In this document: in pieces, positions 1 through 12,000 of the stretch
Layout of the letters: every line of letters starts with the position of its first letter
Numbering within the stretch: the first letter of the stretch is position 1
Source of the DNA: Phallusia mammillata
Taxonomy: Eukaryota
DNA: 64,000 nucleotides
NCBI GenBank assembly: GCA_965637545.1
Contig: OZ281497.1
Span: forward strand, 14,260,001 to 14,324,000
Direction: 5' to 3'
Notes under the pieces: model-generated
What the model was told of the DNA's origin: nothing
The model's input: the letters and a program-made list of their open reading frames with translations, nothing else
The model's database searches: none
Program-made: the position numbers and the translations under genes

Positions 1-3000
1 AGCCTCACTTCCATAACTGTATTGTGATTTTGAAGTGAGCAAAACTGCATTGGATACCTCTGCTGGCTGGTTGCAAAATATTCTGTTACATTCCACAAGT
101 TTGGGCGTCCAAAAACCTAAACCACAATAATTACCAAAGGCCAGGTCATAGATCCAAGTACAATGAATATTACCTCTCGAACAAGTGATGACTTGAACTT
201 GCTTAGCTGCAGTTATGTTGTAACCTTTCCTGCAAATGACTTGCACTCTTGTAAGAATTGGATACATGTATGATGGACTTGAATATGAAATACTCATTAG
301 TTTCATCCTGTACATAGCAGATTTGTTCAAAAGTAAAAATTTGTGTTGTTAAAATTGTTATGCTGTTGTTAAAACTTTTATTACCTTGTTAATTTGGGCA
401 ATGTACAAGTGTATGTACATTTTCTAATGCTTGTACAAAACTGTGCCACATTCTTTTTCACCCAGCACCAAGGTTGGGGAGCATTTGAACCAGGATTTCT
501 GCAATGGTTGTGGTCTGGGAAGTTTGTGTCGCCATTATAATATTTCCTCCAGTTCATACAGTAACCTTTTTCAGTCCAATTGGTATAACCTAAAAAGTAA
601 GGCTGTAGAAAATGCTTTTCTGGCAAATGTTTGCAGGCATTGGAGCATTATTTTTTACTAGGATGCCAAATGTTTTTTTCAGGTTTTATTCATGCTAACT
701 TTAGTAGAAAAAAATTGCCATTCCAGAAAACCAGAACATGTTAAAACCTATAACTGCTATTTTAGGGTTATCACACTGGGTTTTATTATTATTTTCTGTA
801 ATAATCTAATGTTAAAAAGTCTTCTGTTTTAAATGATAGTGATTTTGAAACCTTTTTTAAACAGATGATCATTTATCTTCCACAGTTTTTCAGATGACTA
901 CCAAAAAAGAAGACAGAATCAAATAAAGCATAAAAACAGTAACCAAGACACAATAATGTACATTGCATAATCTTAATTTGGAAAGCTTGACCCTTACATA
1001 TAACAAAATCCGCTATAATTGTTACTAAGGTTTCAGAAATACATCAAAAATCTTTAATAATTAGCAATTCTATTCCTTCAAGTCATCTTTTTTGAACCAC
1101 TTTGAAAATCACTTACTTATTAAAACTTGTTTTACTCGGAAAATGATACAAAATAAATACCATAGTAATTCGTCCCAGTCCCATAATAGCACTCTCCAGC
1201 TGATTGACATGTAAATGGCAGTGGTTCTTCTCCAGTGCTTACTTCCCATTCATTTGTGGCAGAATTTAATACCACAACTGCTGGCGTTGGACACCTTTGA
1301 ATTTTTTTTAAATAATTTTTTTTAGAACTTGAAACTTTACAAAAAACTAAATCATTATTAAAGGACTTACTTGGAAACAAGGCAGTCTTGCCATGGTGCA
1401 TCAGGTTTTAAGGTCATACACCAAGCATGGTCCTCTGATTTTTTTCTTAATATTTCATTGGGAGGTCCAGGAGGTTTTCTACATTTGTTACCACTCAAAT
1501 CATACTCAGTGAAATTTTCTGGTTTAAAAGGGTGTCGGTGAGGTCTCTAAAATCACATATTACACAAAAAGACATATTTATACTTTCTACTATCACTACA
1601 TATTTACCATTGAAATCCATGGCTGACATCTTATACCATCCCTGGTCCATGATCTGAAAATTTATTTGCCTGTCGTATAACTACAAAAACCAACCTATTG
1701 CAACAAGTTATTAAAAGCTTGAAAATATGTGAAATGCATTTTAAAAGTTGTTTTGTGCAGACATATTACCATTAACCACAAGTACCTTGTCCCACGATAG
1801 TCTCTCATTTTGACCCATGGCAATGCACAGTCAATCATTTCCGATACACCTACAGGATTTCTTTTCGCAGTTACAGCTTCCCATTTATCAGAATATCCCT
1901 TTTGCTAAACATACACAAAATTAGAAAAAAGAGTTAATAAAGAAGGCACAGGTTTCTTTTAGGTTACTTACTCTCAGGACCAAATTATATGCAATTCCAC
2001 TTTCTGATGTAAATGAATCGAGGGACAAGTAATATTCTTTGTCTGAAGCAAGTCGGATAAAATCTCCCACAACTTCTTCTTTTCCGTGAAGTTGTGCTAC
2101 AGGTTCATATACCCATGACTGATACTTTAACCGAACAACTTCACAAGGTTTTAGCATAACAGAATGTTTTACTCCCTCGTCAGCACTGTCAAGCATTGAA
2201 TCAAGACACATGTCCAAGTTGCGATGTTTAATTTGGGTTAAATATCCTGCAATCCAGATATTTTACACATTAAGTTAAGCTTGTAGGTTAGTTCAGTTCT
2301 AAATTTAAAACTTTTGTTGTGTTGCAAAATAGTCTCAAAAACTCTATGAAGTATTGAATAGAAAACAGCAGTGCAAAGTAAGAACTCAAAAGATTAAGAA
2401 GGTGTCAGGTTTGAATGTACCGTATATACTCACCGATAGGTCGCACTATTAGTTTTGTGTTAAAAAAGTGTAATTTAGAGTTGACTCGCACATAAGTCGC
2501 ACTGAAAATCTAGAGATTTAAAACGCCCTTTTCTCTAGCTTTTTTGCATATATATCTTCCTATTTTGTTTTTTTGTAGCGTTTAATATAATCAAAATATG
2601 TTTATCGACACCTGTGAGCTGTAATAAGTGCATGTACGCAAGCGCCGGCCATACGATTTCATGAATAACCAACTCGCTACAAAACTGTATGTCATTGCCA
2701 GTACATTCGGACCCCTAACCCTGTTTAGCCCAAAACTTTCAATTTTGTTCCGACTAGGTGGTGATTTGCACTTATGTCCAGCGGATAGGTCGCACCTATA
2801 TATTTTTTTTAAATATAAGGAAAAAAGTTGCGTCCTATGCGCGAGTATATACGGTAATCATATGATTTCTCACTCTGATTTAATAAGTTTTGTAAAAGAT
2901 AAAAAACTAATTAAAGTACTTTTTTAACTGGGGTGCATTAAAACTTTATTTTATCAATAACTGCCTTCTAGACACACATGGCAACCCGAAGAAATCAGGT

Positions 3001-6000
3001 TTAGGGTTCTAGAATTGCTAGAGTCAAAGCTGTACAACGGACCATTGGGTTGGAGTCAGTATCGTAGTAAGAATAGCATTACCAGAAAAAAGATTATTTC
3101 ACACTTATAAATTAAGACAGTAAAATTGTTTTAAAAACAACATGTAGAATTTAACCACTTTTAAAACTAGAATAGTGGTTTTCCTATATATTGCCAGTTT
3201 ATATATACTACATCATATTTAACGATGTATCACATATACCATTTACTATATTTATAATGTATATATATGGGGCACCTAAATTTCATTGGGTCCCTATCTT
3301 TTTCCTGGCACTTTATGTCATAATTGTTTCTGCAAGCATAATCTAATGGGTCCCCACACCTGTGCATAAACAGTAGAAATAGGGCACAATCATTGTTAAA
3401 CTGGAATAATGGATTTCCTATATATTCCATTTTACAGAAACGGTGCCATATTTACGCACCATTCATTATAATTCTAAGGGATATATATTTGATGGATACA
3501 TTCAGTATGGTACCAATACTTTTGTGGCCTGTTATAGCATATTTGTTTTTGCAAGCAAAAACCAATGGGTCCCCACACACACATATATTTTGAATTTGTA
3601 ACAGGATGAATGGCGCATGCATATGCTAGGTAAGAATTTGAATTGCACAGATGACATTTGTCGTATTAAAGAAATATTTATAAACTTTTGTTTTGTAACA
3701 GTCACAGCCCTTTGTTTGTTGAATTATGATTTTTAATCAGCACATAGCGTACCCTGGCGCCGTTAAGTTTCTACATACCAACAATACGATTGCTTAGCTG
3801 GGCTTTTTATGTCCAAAACCTGTTCTAAAACAGTTATATTAACGCTTTCAGTTTGAGAAGTCACGTTACACAGGTGTAACAAATCGTACTGCGTTGTCGC
3901 TCTGCGTTTTGAAACACCTATAAGTTGACCTACATTAACGTTTACAACGCAATATAACTAACATCGTAACATCTTAATTCCAACCAGTGAGAAAATGGTC
4001 AAGTGACAACTGCGTTCATGCGTGAAGCAGAGGCATTTTTTATGCGCCACTATCGTCAATCACTCCCATTGCGTCAGCTGTGCACTGAGCGAGCACAAAT
4101 TTGAAAAAAGACAGCATTTAAAAACATATTTTTACTATTACTGGGCTGATTGCACTGAAATTTTTACCAGGCAACAAAGAGCACCCTATCCACAGCTGTG
4201 TAAAATTTCAGCACGTTAAGTCTTGTATTTCTGACCTCATTAACATGTGAACAAACAAACAAATATTTGGGGGTAAAGGGGTGAAAATGGATATATACAA
4301 CTTCAAGTTACAAAATACTTTAAAATACGCTGCAATGTACCAATCAAAAAGTATGAAACTCCAGAATCATCTACTTTAGCAAGTATAGCCGTTTTAAAAA
4401 AATTACGTTTTGGGGGGCTGTGGGTGAACCGAGGGATCAAACGGGGTCAAAATTCACATGGACCATCTTTAGACCAATATCTTTAATGTGTGTAAATTTG
4501 AAAAAGTTTGAACCATTCTTTCTTGACCAAAACGTGGGAACAAATCTGCGTTAAAAATTTCACGTTTTGGGGGGCTGTAGGTGAACCGAGGGATCAAACG
4601 GGGTCAAAATTCACATGGACAATCTTTAGACCAATATCTTTAATGTGTGTAAATTTGAAAAAGTTTAAACCATTCTTTCTTGACCAAAACGTGGGAACAA
4701 ATCTGCGTTAAAAATTTCATGTTTTGGGGGGCTGTGGGTGAACCGAGGGATCAAACGGGGTCAAAATTCACATGGACCATCTTTAGACCAATATCTGTAA
4801 TGTGTGTAAATTTGAAAAAGTTTCAACCATTCTTTCTTGTCCAAACCGTGGGAACAAATCCACGTTAGACGGAAAAAAAGAAAAAATATATGTAGACAAA
4901 AACAATATGTGTCCCCTTCAGGGAAGGGGATCCATAATTAACATTAAAATAATGTAGGCACAAGGTGCAAACAAAACTATTGATGACGGTGATCACTATT
5001 GTGTAAAACACAAATTGGAAAAAGTGTGCATACACAACCTTTCTGACTTTTAGGACAATCCTACATACATAAACAAATAAACGTTAAGTACGTACCTGAC
5101 AGCCACCAAAAGAAAATCGTGTTTTCGACTTCGCAGGGGACAAACACAACTTTAATGTGTACAGATTTATTGCCACTCATCTCTTGTTCAACCTCTGGTT
5201 TTGCACATTTTGTCAAATCAAATGGGCTTTGAAAAACAAACGAGCGTCCAGCAGAACCTCTACTTTCACCTGACTTAGTAAAATCTGTCTCCGCTTGCTC
5301 CGTGAGCTCAGACGACTGTGGCATAAACTGCCATGTGATGTTAGATACACCTACAGTGGGTGTCATACATGCTGAGCTGAGACCTATAATATATTGCAAT
5401 TCAAATCCCTTTAAAACAGAACATTACAAAAATTACCCATGAAGTAATTCTCTGATCTACAGACAATCATATCATATTTACACATAGTAATGATAAAAGG
5501 TTCCTAGAAATTAATAAAACATTTCATGTCAAAAAAGTTAAGAATAAAACTGCACAAATGGGCATACACTTAAGCATATACTTGAAAAAAACATTACATA
5601 CTTGCAGCAATTTAATGGTGAAAACAAGGGCCCAAATAGATGTAAAAAGTGACATGCTTTATTTTTCAAACGTTTAGGCAAATACTCATGCCATCATCAG
5701 TGATCTGCCAAAACGTTTGAAAAATAAAGCATGTCGCTTTTTACGTCTATTTGGGCCGTTATTTTCACCATTAAATTGCTGCAAGTATGTATCGTATTTT
5801 ACGGACCATAAGGCGCAATTTAAATCCTTTTTTTCCTCATAAATTGATCGTGCGCCTTATAAGCCGCCTAATGTATGGATCAAGTAGTGCTTTATTGCCT
5901 ACACTCCAGTACCGATACTATTATTATATAAATAAACCACCGTCTTACACAATAAACTACGGTAAAAGCAACTAGCAACTGTGATATTCACTAGACTCAT

Positions 6001-9000
6001 TTTTTTTGCTCATTGTACTATTGAGACTTGCTTACATTTATTAAGTAACAAGTAAACTTTTATAACCCATACTCCTTAAAATATGTTGCGTTCTATAGCC
6101 CGGTGCGCCTTATGTATGAACAAAAAACTAATCAAAGCAATTTATTGATAGTGCGCTTTATAATTGGGTGCGCTTTATGGTCCGTAAAATACGGTAATGT
6201 TTTTTCATGTATATGCTTATGTTACCATTAAACTTATGAACAGATTCGTATATAGTGCAGCAATTTGTTTTGTTCAGTATTTAACTCTGATAAACAATTA
6301 TACAAAAGTATGCCAAATAAATACCTTTACAACCACAGCGAAGATAAAATCTACTTTGAATATGCAGAAGATTAAAACTTTCCGACCCAACATCAGTTTC
6401 GTGTGGTAACCATCTCCATCTCTGTGAAGGTTTGCTTGAATCACAATCTTCAGCAATCACATACATATGCATTTGGTATGATGACAAACATAGTCCACTT
6501 GCCACATTCATTAACTGTCGATTTCCAAATTTTATCCACCTAAGATAAAAAAATTACCCTTTTACTTTGGTGTGTTGTTAGCAGGCCTGGGGAGTCGGTT
6601 GTCTGTACCTTCGACACCAATTGCTAGAAATTGCATAGGTCTGACTCCGACTTTTGCTTGTTGCTAACAATAGAAAATTATCCTATTCAATCATGCTTGA
6701 TTTAAATGTCTTTTTTGCATAATGTTTAAAACATATGTATTTAATGCTCAACTAAACTCCGACTCACCAGAACCAGTGGTAAGGTACATATGTTTGTAAA
6801 TGCCCACAGAGTTTGCTGCTTTAAATTTTTCACCACATCTTTTATGACATGTTATCACAATCACAAGTAGTCATACCTTTGTGATGAAAGTTCATCGTCA
6901 CAAGGTGTCATATGAATGAGGTTAGAAGAGAGTGAGACAGCATGAGAAAGACAGTTTCCACAGCCTGTAAGAAATTTATATGCACCAGGTGGTGTTTCTG
7001 CCGACATTTTTGAAAATGGGGTGATTCCTGACCCAGGTAACCAGGTGGTAAATAACGAACTTCTCAGGTCAGATATGTACACCTTTGAAAATAAACAAAA
7101 AAAAACATACAAAATTTCAGTAAATAGCATAAAATCTTGGTTATTATTTCATTTTTCTCAACATAAAACTTTAGAAAATGTGTTTCAAATATTTGTTTTA
7201 CCACATATAAGATATAAGAGAATTTATAAACCTAGAAACTCGCTCAAACATTATCAACTTTACAAACACTTTATGTAAATAAATGGCTTTAAAACATTAG
7301 ACTTATGAACAGACCCATGTACAGTGGTCGGTGATGCAACTTTGAAACATACATAAGAACTTCAAGAACCTTTGTTAAAGCATCGAAAGTAAGTTTGTGA
7401 AGGGGACCAGACTCTCTGCTGTCAAACTTCCATCCCGAAAAAATATAATCTTCTGATTCTATCCAATACTGAGACAATTTGCCAAGTGTTCGCTTGCAAG
7501 GAAACAATGCAACAGGATCACCATGTTTGGGAATTCGTGCTGATAAACTAATACACAGCTTGTAACCCATGTTGACGATTGCTTGTGATGACCACCAGAA
7601 AAACCTCTGATTCTTATCACTGAAATCACATCTATCAATCTGAAGTACATGAGTTCTTTTTATAAATCTTGCAACCAAGCAAAAATACTGATCATCTGCC
7701 GAGCGTTGAAGTGAACGAATGAGAAACTGGTGTTGCAGATCAATTTTAGGAAAAACCCTGGCAAAGAAAAATATTTTTATTATTTATTTGTTAAAGTTGA
7801 CAGTTAAAGTTGCTTTAAAACCTAAAACTAACACTCGAAACATATTCTAAACCGTGTTTTATTTTTGAAATTCTAAATCGACTGTGAATAAGATGACTTA
7901 AAAGCATTTTAGTATCTAATGTCTTGTCAAGTAAAACAATAAAATAAATAATACAATCATTGTCCAAAAACATTCTAGATGTTCTGCACTGGAATATTTA
8001 CTGCAATACTAGACTTACAGGACGTACAAACCTGTCTCCAAACCCACTTTCTGGCATGACATCCAAACAATCCGTTACATTGCAAGTAGTTGGGACTCTT
8101 TCACTTCCAGCATAACACCACACGCCTTTCAGATCAAGATTTGGGTTGCGACAGTGATTGTCACCTTCTGGAGGGTCAAGCCCACCAGCTTCCAACCTTT
8201 TTGGTGGTTTGTGTTCTTTTGTATCAGCAGCAACAGACCATTTTTCACATGGAAGTCCATTGCTGGCTGTACGAACTGCCCCAAAAAATGTACTTCCCAA
8301 ACCAGTTACACAACTTGGTTTTTCTACACTTGTGCTGGTCCCCTGAAGACTCCATGGGTGCATTCCACCAACCAACTGACGGTCGTAAGTATAACGCAGA
8401 GTATGTGTATCACTGTCTGGTTGTGGATGCTCCAAGTCCTCAAACATACCTTGATATAAAAACCATGCCAATTGTCCATTTATAAAAATGTCTGTTTTGC
8501 ATTTTTATACATTTTAAGAACACAACAGTTCCTATAGATTAGGTTTTATTTCATAGATAGTATTTAGTTACATATCCTGAGTACAGTATATACCATCAAA
8601 CAAATTTATAAGCCATGCAACATGTTTAACTGTTTTAGTTGCGACTATCTTTTATGCGACGTTAATGTAAATTTTGCTCTTAGTGGTGATGCTACTCTTC
8701 TGGTCTATACCTTGTGCATCAAAAATGCATGCATAAAAAGCATAACATTATGCACTATACATCTAACAGTTAGCGTTCTAGTGATGTTATAAAGTTCATA
8801 CCAATGTAGGACTTCTCAGAATGTCTTTGTAAAAGCAACACACGATTCAGACTCTGCCTGTTTTTGACAGAAGCCAGGGTCCAGTTGTTGGCTGCACAAA
8901 ATGATTGAGCTTCTATGTATGTTTTGGGGTCTGAGAATGCCTAAAATTATAACTTTTTTCAACAAACATGGATCATACACAGTTTAGATAGTCACATACA

Positions 9001-12000
9001 AAAAAGTTTTTTCATTTTCTCATTTAAATTATTTCACTGTAAATACAGTATGTTGTAACATTTTCAAACTATCAACACATGTCAGATGGAATAAGAATTT
9101 AAACAGATCAGCAAACCTGTGTGTTTAAAGAGTCATGGTATATATAAATACACTAAAGTTCCCCATCATTACCCAGTGTTTGTAAAGCATTCATAATAAA
9201 ATTTGCCTTCAGACCGTTTCCAGGGGGTATTTACCTTATAGCAGGTAAAATCGCCTCGATAGAAAAAAGACTGCATAAAATCCCAACCAGGGGGGCAAAA
9301 TATCGGACAGGGTTGAGTGTTGCAAGGGACGGCTTCATAATCAGAGCCATCACAATCACTTCTTCCATACTTCGCGCAAGCCCTTAATACTTTGATGGTA
9401 CCAGTCCCGCAGGTTCGTGAACATTTTGGTGGTGCAACAACTTCCACCCCTAAAATAATATATAACACTGAGGTGGTCCAATACTGAGAGCAAAAAAGGC
9501 TACAATACAGTTAGTTACATAGAGTTGGGGACAAAGATGACTTTTTCTTTTAAAGGAGTAAGTTACCTTGGTTCTAATCAATCCAATGCAGGGGTGTGTG
9601 ACCATTAACACTGATATGTTGAATATAATTAACATAGTTAGACTGCAACTTTTCATTACACAAGGTAAAACTTTACTTGGGTGAAAATTTGCTTTCATCC
9701 ACTACTGAAACTATTGTAATGGTGTTTCAATAGCCATCCTTTTCTGTGTGTTGTAATTCAATCACTGCTTAATTGAGTGCAAATGCAAATAGATATGATA
9801 CAGGACATGGATCATATTTTAATGCAGAGTTACGTTTGCTGACCAGCACGTTATTGATGCATTTCTATTTAGGGCTGTGGCTAAGAAAAACATTTTTTAT
9901 GCAAATCTATTCAAAGACTGCATACATACCATTTTTGCAGGCCACACAAAACTGTGTTAGGCAACATATAAAATGTTTAGGCACCTGGTTTATGACCTTT
10001 GAAAAAAATATTTACAAGATTCACTCATCATCTAAATTCTGATAAAACAGTTTTTTATCAAAATTATGAAACCATCTTTTTTGCCGTTTTTTAATTACCT
10101 CTTTTTGCACAGATGTTAAGCCTGTCAGTGTTAAGCAAATGAAAATCAGTGGAACTGCCACGAGTTTCTCTCATCTCAAGATTTAAGCTAGGTCCACTAT
10201 TACTTATTGCAAGATATTTATGGTTTGGTTTTTCCTTGGGTAAAACATGAAGAAATCTCAATCGAACTCTTAGGGAACGATATTCACCTGCAATAAGTTA
10301 TTTGCAATTAAGTAAATTGTTAAGAAGATACCAAAAAGCGTGCATTATCCTAAAATGATGCAATAAACCACTTGGCAACATTCATTATTCTTTTGATGAA
10401 ACATGCATGTCTTAAAGCAGTTCGTGGATCGAAAAAGTTTGTTTTCTTAGTGTGACAACCCTATGACCAGGGGTATATTAAGGCTAAGGCCTTTCTAGTG
10501 GTTTACTTTAGCTAAAAATAGTTAAATCAGATTTATTTAATCAGTATGACCTTTTAGATAAAACTTTGTGCCATAAATACTTTATTCGCATTTCACATAT
10601 TTATGAAACAAAAATACTGTGTTGATGGCGGCTATTGTAGTATGGCATGATTTTTTGGAACAAGTGGAAAAGTTTGCTAATCACTATGTTAAACTCTGCA
10701 TATTTTTTGTTTTACAGAAATCTCTAGAATTACAAAAGTAGATCAACTTACAGTACCAATTTTGATGTGCATCATCAATGTCACAAGGTTTAAAAATGAC
10801 AATAACCTCTGTCAAATTAGGACCAGTTCGATTTACAGCTAGACATTGCTTTGTAGCTATATGCTCAAGGTTAAAATCAAGCCTCCATTGCCACCAAAAG
10901 TTTTTTAAATCAGGGCTTTTGTGTCCAGGACAGCGTCGAAAAGCCCTTGTGAAAAAAAGTGAATTCCAAGGTCGGTTACGTAATATAAAGTTAACATACA
11001 AATGAGTGATATAATTTGCTCAAAACTCATCAAATGAACAACTTTTTATATATTGAACACAAACAACAAAGTAAAGTATCAGTTTTTTTTGATATCGTCT
11101 CTTAGACTTAGACATTATACCCCATCTTGGCAACATTTAAAAGCAGACTGTTTATACATTTTTTATCCTTACTTTTTTCTGACTATATCATACCAACTCA
11201 CTATGCATTCCCTTGCAATAACTCAGGGAAACAACAAATGTTCGCATTTGCAGCAAAGACAAAAATACCACAGTTGTCAAGTAGTATAGACATCTACAAC
11301 CTGTTTCATACCAAGGTTTAGGTCCCTCAGCTGTTATGTTGGCATCTAAACATTTGTGTGAATTCCAATTCATTAAAACTCGTAAGCCATCCCATCGCAG
11401 TCCAAGGATACAGTTGTCCTCATCTTTTTTATTACGACAATTGTAATATCCACTGCATTCCTGTTCAAAACATATTGTTGCAATAGCAGTAATTAAACAC
11501 TGTAACACTGATATTGTATGATAGTTTTAGTCATTATGAGGTACTGTACTATCAAGGCAAATGCTGGGATCATTATGTTCAAACATTAATGTTGCATGTT
11601 CTACAAACTGTATCCAATTTAAACATAATTTGATAATTTTACAGATTTTGGTGTGCTATGGATACTAGGGTAACTTGTCGACAAGTTATGAGGAAAATAA
11701 AGTAATATATTTTTGTGGCTAGAAGTACAACCGCTTTATCGGTAAACAAAACTGATAACTTAGTTGCAGGCAGGCCCATAAAAGTTTAAACCTAATTTAT
11801 ATCTTGGAGTGCATTTGACCATGTATAATATTACTTCAAAGAATATACTTCTTTGCTTTGTAAATTAAAAAGAGGATACTTTTGTTGCAATTTGTAAACA
11901 TCACTGGAATGATTCCGTGCCAGTTTGAAACAACAATTCTTTTCATTTAAATAACAACAAAAGTTATATATAACTTGCAAACAAACCCTAAAATGGTAAT

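Noticed and set aside
4508-4868. Two near-identical ORFs (MTKTWEQICVKNF...), and similar ORFs at 50783-51351
   Set aside because: They are artefacts of the 157-bp tandem units. The array is not a CRISPR, as there are no unique spacers and the host is eukaryotic.
6583-6780. GAGTCGG/ACTCCGACT motifs resembling a hAT MITE
   Set aside because: The TIRs are too degenerate and no TSD was found.
8090-8485. Plus-strand ORFs overlapping kringle 1, and similar shadows at 21637-21900, 38473-38856 and 49540-50234
   Set aside because: They are antisense or alternative-frame shadows of real exons.
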